Shown: positions 14,859 to 24,420 of the stretch, in pieces
How the letters are laid out: the number at the start of each line of letters is the position of its first letter
Numbering within the stretch: the stretch's first letter is position 1
Source: Candidatus Eremiobacteria bacterium
GTDB lineage: Bacteria > Vulcanimicrobiota > Vulcanimicrobiia > Vulcanimicrobiales > Vulcanimicrobiaceae
Direction: 5' to 3'
Assembly (NCBI GenBank): GCA_963758295.1
Contig: CAVWUU010000001.1
Location: forward strand, 448,001 to 512,000
DNA length: 64,000 nucleotides
Position numbers and translations under genes: made by a program
Notes under the pieces: model-generated
The model's input: the letters and a program-made list of their open reading frames with translations, nothing else
Database searches by the model: none
What the model was told of the DNA's origin: nothing

Positions 14859-15374
14859 CTACTTCAGCTTATCGCTGACTTCCGAAAAGCCCGTAAGGGG
14901 CAGCGTAGCGTTCACGGTGTGCTCGCGAAGGGCGCCGTCGAGAATCACGTAAGAGACGCGAAGATCGCCCTTGCCGGCACGCATCGCGCTCAGCAGATCG
15001 GCCGTCATTGTGCCCGTTGCGAAGCAGCCCTGCTGCGAGCACGCGAGATAGGTGAACGTTTGCGACGACGCGGTGCCCGCGGCGACCGAGACAGGCGTGC
15101 GGACGGAGACGCCGAGCGGCACGTTCATCGAAAGGCCGACCTTGCCGTCGCCTTGGGCGGCAACGGTGAAGCCGATAACCAACCCGCCGTTTGTGAGGAC
15201 CTGATCGGTCCCGTGGCAGGCGAGGCTGCCTTTAACGGGATCGCACTCCAACTTCCATCCGCTGGTGCTTCCCTGCGTCATCGTGTTCGCAGGAGCGGCC
15301 GTGGGTGCCGGGGTCGCAGCCTGAACGACACCCGAAGACAATGCAAAAAGAGCAACTGCAGAAAGCAATTTCAT
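14859..15374 (-). CDS. Invasion-associated locus B (IalB)-like secreted protein
   Basis: Signal peptide MKLLSAVALFALSSGVVQAA, then GWKLEC..LAC, VPLGV and ACSQQGCFA, a Cys/Trp pattern typical of the IalB family. Confidence 0.7.
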   Translation of the reverse strand: MKLLSAVALFALSSGVVQAATPAPTAAPANTMTQGSTSGWKLECDPVKGSLACHGTDQVLTNGGLVIGFTVAAQGDGKVGLSMNVPLGVSVRTPVSVAAGTASSQTFTYLACSQQGCFATGTMTADLLSAMRAGKGDLRVSYVILDGALREHTVNATLPLTGFSEVSDKLK

Positions 15375-15831
15375 ACCGTTGTTTTCGGCAATGCGGCTTC
15401 GAAACTTCTGCAAAACGGCTTGTTTTTGAGTAAAGATGGCCGACGAGGGGGAAGCGCTGCGTACCAGCGTTCCAAGTCGCTATGCCACTGGCTTAACGCA
15501 TCGGGCTGAGATAAATGCATAATGTCCCGACGGATAGAAGCCGTAGGTGATGTCTTCTGAAGGGCCAGCGGCAAATTTAGAGGTTGTAGCGTGTACACCG
15601 TCGCGAGCCAAGGCGTAACCGAATCGTAGTATCAAGGGTGCCGAGAACTTGTGCAAACGCGGATTCGTCGTCATCTTTGACGCATGCCAGCCTCGGTATC
15701 GCTCTTTTAAAAAGACTGGCGCGACCGGGCAAAAGCTCTGGCCGACATCGAACGCGGGAATCTTCGCGTGTGGACGCGCGTAGAAGACGTCTTACCCTCG
15801 TTGCAACGCCTCGAAAAATAGCCCCCGTCGC

Positions 15832-15975
15832 ATGCACTATGGAGCCCCGCTGATAAAGCCGGGCTCCTATTTGCATTTCGATGAATTTGCTGATCGTGCC
15901 AATGAAATGCCTGCGTCTTTAAATTTCGTCGAGGAATACGACGTTCGGTACGAAGCCATTGCTTCGACCCCTCAT
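15832..15975 (+). pseudogene. Remnant resembling the C-terminus of a TylF/MycF-like methyltransferase
   Basis: LIKPGSYLHFDEFADRANE resembles the 'PG..i.FDE' motif; no intact upstream frame. Confidence 0.3.
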
Positions 15976-16096
15976 CTAACGCGTCGTCTTCCAGGTAACG
16001 GGTATCCGAAACTCCCATCTACTACTCGGCGCAAGAGCAGGCTCCATCGCGACAGCCGACTAGTAACACTGCCAGGTTTTGAAGCTGCAGCTGAGA

Positions 16097-16789
16097 TTAA
16101 CACCCACCTGAGATCTCGATATAAAAAAGGTGACCGTGCCAGAACCCAAAGTTTTGGTCCTGCTCGCAAGGATACTTGAGCGGATGAACGTACGACAAAA
16201 CTTCGATATCCTTATTCCAAGACGCATGTTGGATGAACGTCTTTCCGTAAATCGTTTCCACTTGGGTGCGTGTTTGTCCGAGACGGATTCCATGCACCGT
16301 ACGCAGCGCCGAAAGGTCCTTATCCACTATAGGAATCGGCGGCGCTGCAATGTTGGATGCTAAAACGGTTGAGTGCCACGCGCAGCATCCTTCCGCATAA
16401 AAAACGGTGGAGTGCGCCGAATCGTAGATGGCATCGCCTCTTGGGGCGGCTTGTCCGTAGACGAATGGCGTTCCGTCCTCGGGCGAGCCTTGATTTAATT
16501 TCCACTCCATGCCGCGCGGTATTCGGTTTTCATAAACGAAGCCGTCCATGAATGGCACCTGTGCAGCTTTATGTTGATCGGAGTCTGCAAAGCCCTCTTT
16601 CAAAACCGGGAGCCAAGCCGCAATTTTCCAGTTATTGCAAACATCGTGGAAGTATTGCTTGCAATAGTCGGGCGGACGAAAGTCGGTTTCCGCGCCTTTC
16701 GGATAGTCTATGAACGTACGTTGCGCGCTAATTGCGGGAAGGTACAGCGCAACAGAAAGGGCGGTGAGAATCAGCGCGGCTCTTTTCAT
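16097..16789 (-). CDS. Secreted Cys-containing hypothetical protein
   Basis: 230-aa ORF with signal peptide MKRAALILTALSVALYLPAISA and protein-like composition. Confidence 0.7.
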   Translation of the reverse strand: MKRAALILTALSVALYLPAISAQRTFIDYPKGAETDFRPPDYCKQYFHDVCNNWKIAAWLPVLKEGFADSDQHKAAQVPFMDGFVYENRIPRGMEWKLNQGSPEDGTPFVYGQAAPRGDAIYDSAHSTVFYAEGCCAWHSTVLASNIAAPPIPIVDKDLSALRTVHGIRLGQTRTQVETIYGKTFIQHASWNKDIEVLSYVHPLKYPCEQDQNFGFWHGHLFYIEISGGC

Positions 16790-16979
16790 GATTCATCGTT
16801 CATTAAGGCTACCGCCCCGTTCCTTTCCAAGCTCGAGTCAAGCTAATGCGAAGCCGGCGCAACGCGGTTGATTCGACAATAAACTGCAAACGTTGCGAAA
16901 TTTTTTGTTCTCGTCTTGAAAGCGTTGTCAGACTTGCAGCCGGTGAAGCACTGAGCGGATGACGCCGTAAAGCGGCGTT

Positions 16980-17237
16980 CTAGAGCCCGATTCGGGTTAG
17001 GTCGGCAATGAATTCTTGCGTGCTGGGGCGATCCAGCCAATTCGCGAGTATTGCTTCAGCTTCGCGAGCCGAGCCGAGCACGCCGAGGTGATGCTCGACC
17101 GAAGCGCGTTGCGGAGCCGGATTCTGCAGCTCCGCTTCAAGGTCGTCAATTGATTGATGCGCTTCGTCGGTGGCCGGGATAGCGCCACGCAGCGCTTCCC
17201 CGGGAAAAGAAGATCGGACTTCGTCGTACTTATCCAT
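16980..17237 (-). CDS. Small helical hypothetical protein
   Basis: 85-aa ORF with natural amphipathic composition, ending LTRIGL. Confidence 0.55.
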   Translation of the reverse strand: MDKYDEVRSSFPGEALRGAIPATDEAHQSIDDLEAELQNPAPQRASVEHHLGVLGSAREAEAILANWLDRPSTQEFIADLTRIGL

Positions 17238-17409
17238 GCGGCAACGCTACAAGGCGCGTTATCGCGCGCCCTGCTGCTCCGCAAGGGGACCCCACTTCTT
17301 AAGGACGCGCCTTCTCGCTGCAAACATCGTAGGCTCGACGCCAAGCGAATGCTAGAGATGAACATCCCGTTCGTGCGGGTACTGACAGACCGCGCTGGGG
17401 CTGCCGCGG

Positions 17410-18321
17410 TCATGACGAAACAGACGTGATCCGCGTGCCGCGGTATATTCTCGGCCGCACCCCTTGCGGACCGCGACACGTCAATTGCGCCGGGGATCCG
17501 GCCGTGCTTGAAACCGTAACGTCGAACGTGCCACGCGCAGTCGCGACTCTTACCTGCAAGCGCTCTTCGTCGACCTTCGTCACCGACGTCGCGGTGAGTG
17601 CGTCGCGTGCCGTGATCCCGAGCTGTTGATGTGCGTAGACGATTGCCGCTTGCGCCGCCGGCGTCAGCCCGATGCGCCCCCGCAAAATGTCCGGCAGAAC
17701 TTGGCCTGTCTCGGCGCGTTCCACGAACTGCGCTGCGATTTCCGCGCTCACGCGCCCGTACAGCTCTCCCGTCGGCAAAACCAAGACGTTCGCGGCGAAA
17801 CGGTCGCCGCCCAAATGCGTGGTTTCCCACACGCGACGGGGGCGTAGGTGTTGCAGTGCTTGCGCAACGGGCCGCCCGCGCAACGCGCAGCACGCATCGT
17901 GACGCCCGTGCGCGCAAACCAAGTATAACGGTTGCGTATCGATCGCAATGGGTGCGCGATGCGGCCCTGCGCCTTCCAGTTCGTCGGCGAGCTGCGCTAA
18001 ATCATCGAAGCGCCACCACGCAATCGCTTGCGCACCCGCCCGCGTGTCGGCAATCCCCACGTCGTAGCCTCCAGGGGGCGGCCCCACGTGATGTTTGCCG
18101 TGGCGGCGAATCGCTTGGAGACGCATGCCGGCGCGCGCAGCTGAGACGTCGATGCGATGCGCAACGTCAGGATCGGCACGGCTCTCGAGCAAGCCGCGTG
18201 GCCCCCATGCACCCGGTTGGTGCACCAGCAGTACGCGCGCTTGCGGCGGCGCGGTGCCAAGCATCGAATCGCCGCGTTCATCTGCTGCCGCCGCGCACCG
18301 AAATGCTGGAACACGCGTCAT
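17410..18321 (-). CDS. Sucrase/ferredoxin-like (Apd1/Aim32-type thioredoxin-fold Fe-S) protein
   Basis: LVCAHGRHDACCALRG and WETTHLGGDRFAANVLVLPTGELYGR motifs; ATGA overlap with the upstream gene. Confidence 0.85.
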   Translation of the reverse strand: MTRVPAFRCAAAADERGDSMLGTAPPQARVLLVHQPGAWGPRGLLESRADPDVAHRIDVSAARAGMRLQAIRRHGKHHVGPPPGGYDVGIADTRAGAQAIAWWRFDDLAQLADELEGAGPHRAPIAIDTQPLYLVCAHGRHDACCALRGRPVAQALQHLRPRRVWETTHLGGDRFAANVLVLPTGELYGRVSAEIAAQFVERAETGQVLPDILRGRIGLTPAAQAAIVYAHQQLGITARDALTATSVTKVDEERLQVRVATARGTFDVTVSSTAGSPAQLTCRGPQGVRPRIYRGTRITSVSS

Positions 18322-19526
18322 ACCGGAACGACGATGCCCTCGCGCAGGAGCTGTGCGATCAGCGCCAAGCCCTCCAGCACATCGACGCCCGGCAGAGCCT
18401 CGGCCGAGACAACGGCGCCCGAAACGGCGAGCTGTGCGGCTTGCGCTTGCGCTTCGGTAACGCGAACTTCTTTGTCGGGCAATTCGATCACAAGCTCATC
18501 ATCGCCGGCACGGAATGTTGGACGAAGCCCGGGTCGCACACGTACTTTTGCGTCCGGTGCAAGGGACTCGGCCGCAGCGAATTGTTCGAGCGGCCGAAGT
18601 GGTGCAGGGCGCGTCGCCGCCGCCAGATTGCGTCGAAGCGCGCGAGCGATCGTTCCGCGATCGAAGCGATCGATCGCCGCGTGCAGCGCAGCGATCGTCG
18701 CTTTGAGATCGCCATCGATAGCGCGTTCATCGGTCAAATCGATGCCGGCGGGTAACGAGCGGCGCAGTTCGACATCGTCCGAGAGGACGCTGAGAACTTC
18801 ATCCGCGAGCATCCGGCGCGTCAACGCATGTATCCCGACGGTTAGGTGGCCCGAAATTTCGTTTAACGACGTCGCAGCATGAATGTATCCGCGCGGCAAA
18901 TAGAGCGCGTCGCCACATTCGAGAACGCAATCGATAAGCGGCGTTTCAGCGGCACGCGCGGCAACGGCGGGCTTGCGTGCCTGCCACGGTTGGTCGCGAA
19001 GCGGCGCCTGCAAGACGGGGTCATAGATGCGCCATCGTTTGCGGCCGGCGAATTGGAGCACGAAGACGTCGTGAACGTCATAGTGAGGGGCAAAGCCCGA
19101 GTTCTGCGGCGGCGTTAAATAGGCGTTTACTTGCACGGGGTGTCCGAGCTGCGCTGCAAGCGATTCCGCAAAGGATTGAATCGGCGCCCAAGTTCGATGC
19201 AAGCCCTGGAGCACGAGGGTTGCGCCTGAAGCAAATTCGGTGAGGATCTTGTCGTCGGCGACCTGATCGGCAATTTCCGCACCAGCGCCACCGCCGCGCG
19301 TGTACCGCGACGGCGGCAGAAGATCGCCGTCTCGAGTCATGCGGACGAACGGTGTGCGCAAACCGCGCCGCGACACCAACTCGTCGACTGCGTCCAGGGA
19401 AAGCAATTCGGAAAACCCGCCATTGGGAAGTTGCGCGGCGTTCAGAAGCAGCGGCGCAACGCCCCAATGTGATGTGGAAAATTCACCGAGGGTGAGCCCG
19501 GTGAGGCGGAAGAGCGGATCGCTCAG
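18318..19526 (-). CDS. JmjC/cupin 2OG-Fe(II) oxygenase (ROXA/YcfD-like), probable CTG start
   Basis: NAYLTP..GFAPHYDVHDVF (HxD) and LYLPRGYIH. The frame is open 40 codons upstream of the TTG at 19406, through FSTSHWGVAPLL, to a CTG at 19526 that overlaps the peptide's stop codon. Confidence 0.85.
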   Translation of the reverse strand: MSDPLFRLTGLTLGEFSTSHWGVAPLLLNAAQLPNGGFSELLSLDAVDELVSRRGLRTPFVRMTRDGDLLPPSRYTRGGGAGAEIADQVADDKILTEFASGATLVLQGLHRTWAPIQSFAESLAAQLGHPVQVNAYLTPPQNSGFAPHYDVHDVFVLQFAGRKRWRIYDPVLQAPLRDQPWQARKPAVAARAAETPLIDCVLECGDALYLPRGYIHAATSLNEISGHLTVGIHALTRRMLADEVLSVLSDDVELRRSLPAGIDLTDERAIDGDLKATIAALHAAIDRFDRGTIARALRRNLAAATRPAPLRPLEQFAAAESLAPDAKVRVRPGLRPTFRAGDDELVIELPDKEVRVTEAQAQAAQLAVSGAVVSAEALPGVDVLEGLALIAQLLREGIVVPV

Positions 19527-19753
19527 CTACCGCCACCGGCGCCTGCGTCGGCACCTCCGTCTGCGCCGCCGTCGGCATCCTCATCCGCGCCGCCGTCGGC
19601 TCCGCCGTCTTGCATGCCCGGATTACCCGAAGCGCCGCCATCGGCCGGCCCTTCAGCGCCGCCGTCCGCGCCGCCGTCATGCATGCCCGGCGTACCGGAA
19701 GCTCCGCCGTCGGCCGTGCCTTCGCGACCCGTTCTGTCGTCATCTTCAAACAT
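19523..19753 (-). CDS. Acidic DGGA-repeat peptide (76 aa), candidate precursor/substrate
   Basis: GGAG RBS upstream of ATG; eight DGGA motifs; internal duplication ADGGASG(T/N)PGM(H/Q)DGGADGGA. Confidence 0.75.
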   Translation of the reverse strand: MFEDDDRTGREGTADGGASGTPGMHDGGADGGAEGPADGGASGNPGMQDGGADGGADEDADGGADGGADAGAGGGS

Positions 19754-20143
19754 CGTTCGGCTCCATCAAAGCGTGGGTAACCGCAAAAGCGCGGTCACAC
19801 GGCGTTTGCCCAGGCCCGCAAACGGTAAAACAGCCGCGGCCCGTTCGTTCGCTCGGGCACGATTACCACGCACCTCATTGACGCCTCTTCATGTAGCAAT
19901 GAAATCATTGCGCTCTCCTTATGGACTTACCGCGCGCTGACCCCGTCGTCATCGTGTTCGGGGTGTTTTTATGTTCAAGGTACTTCTTGGACCATGGCGA
20001 CAGACGGAGGAAAATCGGCGGGACGATTTCATTTGCCAAAATAGCCTGCGCTACTTACTTCGCTACCGAAAGCAACTCACGCATGCGCGCGCCCGTGGAT
20101 GCTGTGGTCGCCGTCAAATACGCGAAGGGCGACTGTAAGATTG

Positions 20144-20215
20144 AGGCGACGGGCAGATTCGAACTACCGCATAGGGCCTTTGCAGGGCCCCGCCTTACCG
20201 CTTGGCTACGTCGCC
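20144..20215 (-). tRNA. tRNA-Cys (GCA)
   Basis: Minus strand reads GGCGACG TA GCCAAGCGGTAAGGC G GGGCC CTGCAAA GGCCC TATGC GGTAG TTCGAAT CTGCC CGTCGCC T: full cloverleaf, GCA anticodon, U73 discriminator; followed by CAA rather than CCA. Confidence 0.93.
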
Positions 20216-20440
20216 GCCGTAGACGTTATACGAGCCGCGTTGTATTGGATCATGCTTTTGCAATTGTTGCATGTGAGCTCTCTAGGGCGTTCGCTAGCGC
20301 CCACCCCTGGGGTACGACGATACCGTGGAACCAACGGCTCATACACGTGCAGCGCAGCTCAATATACCAAGTCGCCGCGCACTAGGATATCGCTCGCTCG
20401 CGATTTGCCATCCACAAACCGCAAACGCTGCTTAGATAGT

Positions 20441-20456
20441 GTAATGTTAACATTAC
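20441..20456. promoter_or_regulatory. Perfect 16-bp palindrome, candidate repressor operator
   Basis: GTAATGTTAACATTAC is its own reverse complement and lies ~40 bp upstream of the hydrolase start. Confidence 0.5.
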
Positions 20457-20494
20457 CGTATTGGGACTCGGCTGAATGTGTTCGAGGTTAGGCA

Positions 20495-22123
20495 ATGACC
20501 AATCCGCGCCTTTTTGAGAGGCGGCACTTGTGGCGATACGTTCTCATGCTCGCGTTTTTCTTTTTCACCCACGCTCGTGCAGGGCATCATGCCGCGAGTC
20601 GCTCATGCCGCCGAAGACGCTGCAACCATTCCGCGCTTCGAGCCGGCGTCGTGTCCGAAACTGCAAGGCGTAGAATGGCTCGTCCGCGCAGACTGCGGCT
20701 ATCTCATCGTGCCCGAGGATCGTAGCCGCCCGAACGGTCGTACCATCCGGCTCCTAGTCGCAAAACATCGTGCACAATCATCGAAAAAGCGGCCCGATCC
20801 GATCCTATACCTGGAAGGCGGCCCCGGGGACATTGCCCCGCTTGAGATCAACTCGATCATCGCCGCCGGACTTCATTCGCGACCGGGACATTTGGGTGGT
20901 GAGTCAGCGCGGCACCTGGCTTTCGCAGCCCGCGCTCACATGTGCGGAGACGAACAATTTCGCAAGAGCGCTCCTTGGCCTCCGTTTCTATTCTGCGGCA
21001 ACGAAGCGCGCACATTTGGCTGCGACGGAAGCCTGCCACGGCAAGCTCATTGCCACCGGAGCCAATCTGAGTGCATACAATTCGACTGAGAGCGTTGCGG
21101 ATCTCGCGGATCTTCGCAAAGTCCTGCGCATTGCTGAGTGGAACGTTTATGCGAACTCGTACGGCACGTATGTGGCTCAGACGCTTATGCGCGATCACCC
21201 CGATGGTATCCGGAGCGTTGTCCTCGATTCGGTCGTACCGACAACGTATACCATCCCTGCAAACTGGTGGAACGCCCGCTACGCCTTCGACAACATCTTT
21301 CAGGCGTGCGCAGCGCAACCGGCTTGCAATGCGGCGCACCCCGATCTGAAGCAAACCTTTACGCGACTCGTTAAGAAGCTTGAGGCCGAGCCGCTGACGA
21401 CAACAGTCAGCTGACCCTATCACCGGCAAAGACGTCAGCGTGGTGATCGACGGCGGTGCGCTGATCGACTGGCTGCGTAATCAGACATATAGCGTGCCAA
21501 TGCTTCGCGCCGCGCCGGATCGGATCGCCGGCCTCGCCGACGGTCGCCGCCAATCCATCGAGGTGATCGCCGAGGATCGGGCCGGCCGGGCGCCACCATA
21601 TCGACCGGGTGTCCGGTTCTCGGTGACGGCCTCGCTTTCGGCGTCACCTGCCGAGAAGATTATCCCTTCGCGACCACGGAAGAACTTGCGGCGGCTGGCC
21701 GAGAAGCGTTTCCGGACTTTCCCGTTTCAGTGCAGCGCGAGGCTGTCGGCGGCTGGGCGTATGCTAACGAAGACTGCCGCGAAGTCTGGAAACCGGCCGC
21801 CGCTCCGAAGACCATGCACGAGCCTGTTGCGAGCAGCATTCCAACGCTCCTCATTTCCGGCACCTTCGATACGTTGACGTCTCTCGCCGGGGCGCGGGCC
21901 GCAGCGACTCGCCTGTCCCACGCGACAATCATCAGCATCCCGGGTGTAGGGCATACTGACTTCCGCATCGTCTCCTTGCGCCCAAGCAGTCATCGTCTCG
22001 TTCTATGCCGCTCCCAATCGCGTCGACACATCGTGCGTCCGTGGGTTGAAACCGCAACGTTTCACCTCAACCGCATCACCACAGGTACGACCGTCTGCGA
22101 CGAGCCCTACGGATGCATCTTAG
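20495..22123 (+). CDS. Secreted alpha/beta hydrolase, TAP-like tripeptidyl aminopeptidase family (frameshifted)
   Basis: CGYLIVPEDRSRPNGRTIRL, PILYLEGGPG, SQRGT, NSYGT, VVLDS and PTLLISGTFD..H are spread over 4-5 frames. Confidence 0.8.
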
Positions 22124-22250
22124 CTGTTCGCAATCGCCGCTCGAAATGCTGAAGATTGACCTTAGCCGTTTCGGCACCTCAGGTCTTTTAACAATGGAAC
22201 GCCTCGCGGAAATTCGAGACGTTCTATTTGCTGGTGTACCGCGAGGACGA

Positions 22251-22661
22251 TTAGAATTTCTTCCTCTCACGTTCAGGAGACCAATCCTCTACCAATTGTC
22301 GAACTTCGATGGCGCCAAAATGCGCGCTCGGAATTAGCGCAGCGTATTCGAGCGCCTGATCATGACTGGCGCAGTTGAACACATAAAATCCAGCCAGCAC
22401 CTCTTGCTTCGCAAACGGTCCTTCTGAAAGAACTCGCTTGCCATCGCGGATTCGCAGTGTCCTTGCCGTATTTGATTCGTAGAACCGGGCGCGATTGTGA
22501 ATTTGCGTGGACAGCGTCTCGTTCAGCTGCTGATATGCATTAGCAGCCGTTTGCAACTCCTCTGGACTTGCCGCTACATCCGTCGGGATATAAATCAAAC
22601 AAATATATTTCAAGGTAGTACCTTCTAGCTCACAAAAGAATCGAGTAGTCTCGGCTACCAA
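22251..22661 (-). CDS. YciI/DGPF-family protein
   Basis: RIRDGKRVLSEGPFAKQEVLAGFY..A..G.IEVR motif; true start probably TTG at LKYICLIY. Confidence 0.8.
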   Translation of the reverse strand: MVAETTRFFCELEGTTLKYICLIYIPTDVAASPEELQTAANAYQQLNETLSTQIHNRARFYESNTARTLRIRDGKRVLSEGPFAKQEVLAGFYVFNCASHDQALEYAALIPSAHFGAIEVRQLVEDWSPERERKKF

Positions 22662-23449
22662 TCGACGACCAAACCGCCGGTAAGATTGACCGTTGATGCA
22701 GTCATCGATGTCGCGCGGTCGCTCGCTGCAAAGGCTGCCGCATCGGCTACTTCTTGCACGGTGGTCGAACGTTTCGTGTGCGTGAGGCTCTCGATGAACC
22801 CCTGAAACTGTTGCTGTGGAATACCAATCGCTTTGGCATGCAAGCCGAAGACGGTTTCGATTGTCTTCGTTTCCGGCAGCCCCGTCGAGCGAATGGTCAC
22901 CGCGCGGATCCCATATTGGGCAAGCTCGCCTGAAAAATTACGATTCATCGCTTCCATCGAGGCCCATGACGGCGCCATGCCGCCAACGAGGCGAGCGCCG
23001 AGACGTGAGACCTCCGGGACGTGCGCGAGAATTACACCGCTCTTCTGTTGCATCATGCGCTGCGCCGCTGCCCGAGCCGTAATGAAGTATGACTTAGAGT
23101 ACGCGACGATCGGCTTCATGAAATCTTCGACGGCAATCTCTAGTAAGGGTACACCCTGAACGCCCTGCTGCGGAATGCTGATCGAGCAGAACGAGATGTC
23201 GATGCGTCCGGCCTTCGTCAACACATCGTCGAGGTACGCGTTAGCTGCATTTTCGTCGAGCACGTCGACCATTGATGCTTCCGCTGCTCCGCCTGTGCGG
23301 ACGATCTCGTCGGCAAGAGCTTGGACGGCTGTGTGCGTACGTCCGGCAAGAAAGAGGCGCGCACCTTCGCGCGCAAAGGTTTTTGCGACTACGCTACCGA
23401 CGCCGCCCGCCGCGCCATAGATCACCGCAATTTTGTTTTGGAGTAACAT
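22655..23449 (-). CDS. SDR family oxidoreductase (atypical)
   Basis: IYGAAGGVG Rossmann motif, GRIDI, C-terminal TASTVNLTGG. Confidence 0.9.
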   Translation of the reverse strand: MLLQNKIAVIYGAAGGVGSVVAKTFAREGARLFLAGRTHTAVQALADEIVRTGGAAEASMVDVLDENAANAYLDDVLTKAGRIDISFCSISIPQQGVQGVPLLEIAVEDFMKPIVAYSKSYFITARAAAQRMMQQKSGVILAHVPEVSRLGARLVGGMAPSWASMEAMNRNFSGELAQYGIRAVTIRSTGLPETKTIETVFGLHAKAIGIPQQQFQGFIESLTHTKRSTTVQEVADAAAFAASDRATSMTASTVNLTGGLVVDW

Positions 23450-23523
23450 GCCTCAACCGACGGCAGCCTAGCCGAGAAAGATTCTGAATCTTTTTCGGCC
23501 GCGCCATCGTCAAAGAGGATAAG

Positions 23524-24420
23524 ATGCTATATACGGACCTCGAGGATCGCATAGAACCTCTGCGGCCGCGGTTGCACAGGTATTGCTCGCGTATGACCGG
23601 CTCGGTGTTCGATGGCGAAGACGTCGTGCAGGAGGCCCTGATGCAGGCATTTCGCGCTTTGCGCTCCGAAACGGAAATCGTCGATCTCGAGCGTTGGATG
23701 TTCAAGATCGCCCACAACGCCGCCATCGATTTCTTGCGGAAACGAGCGCGCGAATCGCCGCTAGCCGAGTACGATCCGGAAACGCTCGCCTTTACTGATA
23801 ATGAAAACGATCACATCGAGACGGTCCCGGTGAGCATGCGAATGCTGATGCGCCTTCCTGCAAACCAGCGCGCCGCCGTGCTGTTGAAAGATGTGCTCGG
23901 ATACCGCTTGCAAGACGTGACGTCAATTCTCGAAATGACGCTTCCAGCAGTAAAGACGGCGCTGCATCGCGGTCGTTCGCAATTGCGGGACCTTGCGCAA
24001 AGAGAGCTAAAACCGACGTGGGCACCGAAGCTGTCGCCGGCTCAGCGAGCTCTGTTCGAACGCTACGTTGACCTTTTCAACGCACATGACTTCGATGCAA
24101 TTCGGGAAACGCTCGCCGAAGAAGTTCGCTTGGATCTCGTCGGGGTCGAAAGGCGTGAAGGCAAGCTTAACGTCGGGCACTACTTTGAAAACTATAGCAA
24201 GCGTTCGTATTGGCGCCTGCGGGTGGGCACGCTCGAAGGTCGTTATGTGGTCATGGTGCATAGCGCTGAGGTCGGGTCACCGCCGCTCTACTTCGTGGAG
24301 CTCCAATGGGAGGGCGACAAAGTCCGCTCGATCCGCGATTTCGCGCATGCGCGCTACGCGCTCGCGAATACAGAAATTGAGGAATCCTTTTCGAAGGCGC
24401 CATCGTCCGTTGATGCATGA
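23524..24420 (+). CDS. ECF sigma-70 factor with SnoaL-like C-terminal extension
   Basis: LHRYCSRMTGSVFDGEDVVQE, WMFKIAHN and AVKTALHRGR; C-terminal RYVDLFNAHDFDAI..LAEEVRL. Confidence 0.9.
   Translation: MLYTDLEDRIEPLRPRLHRYCSRMTGSVFDGEDVVQEALMQAFRALRSETEIVDLERWMFKIAHNAAIDFLRKRARESPLAEYDPETLAFTDNENDHIETVPVSMRMLMRLPANQRAAVLLKDVLGYRLQDVTSILEMTLPAVKTALHRGRSQLRDLAQRELKPTWAPKLSPAQRALFERYVDLFNAHDFDAIRETLAEEVRLDLVGVERREGKLNVGHYFENYSKRSYWRLRVGTLEGRYVVMVHSAEVGSPPLYFVELQWEGDKVRSIRDFAHARYALANTEIEESFSKAPSSVDA

Noticed and set aside
19921..20491. ORFs 19921-20385 and 20099-20491
   Set aside because: They overlap the tRNA-Cys and have no recognisable motifs.
22382..22390. CATAAAATC as a third att arm
   Set aside because: It lies inside the YciI coding sequence with no adjacent comEC homology or CACACG.
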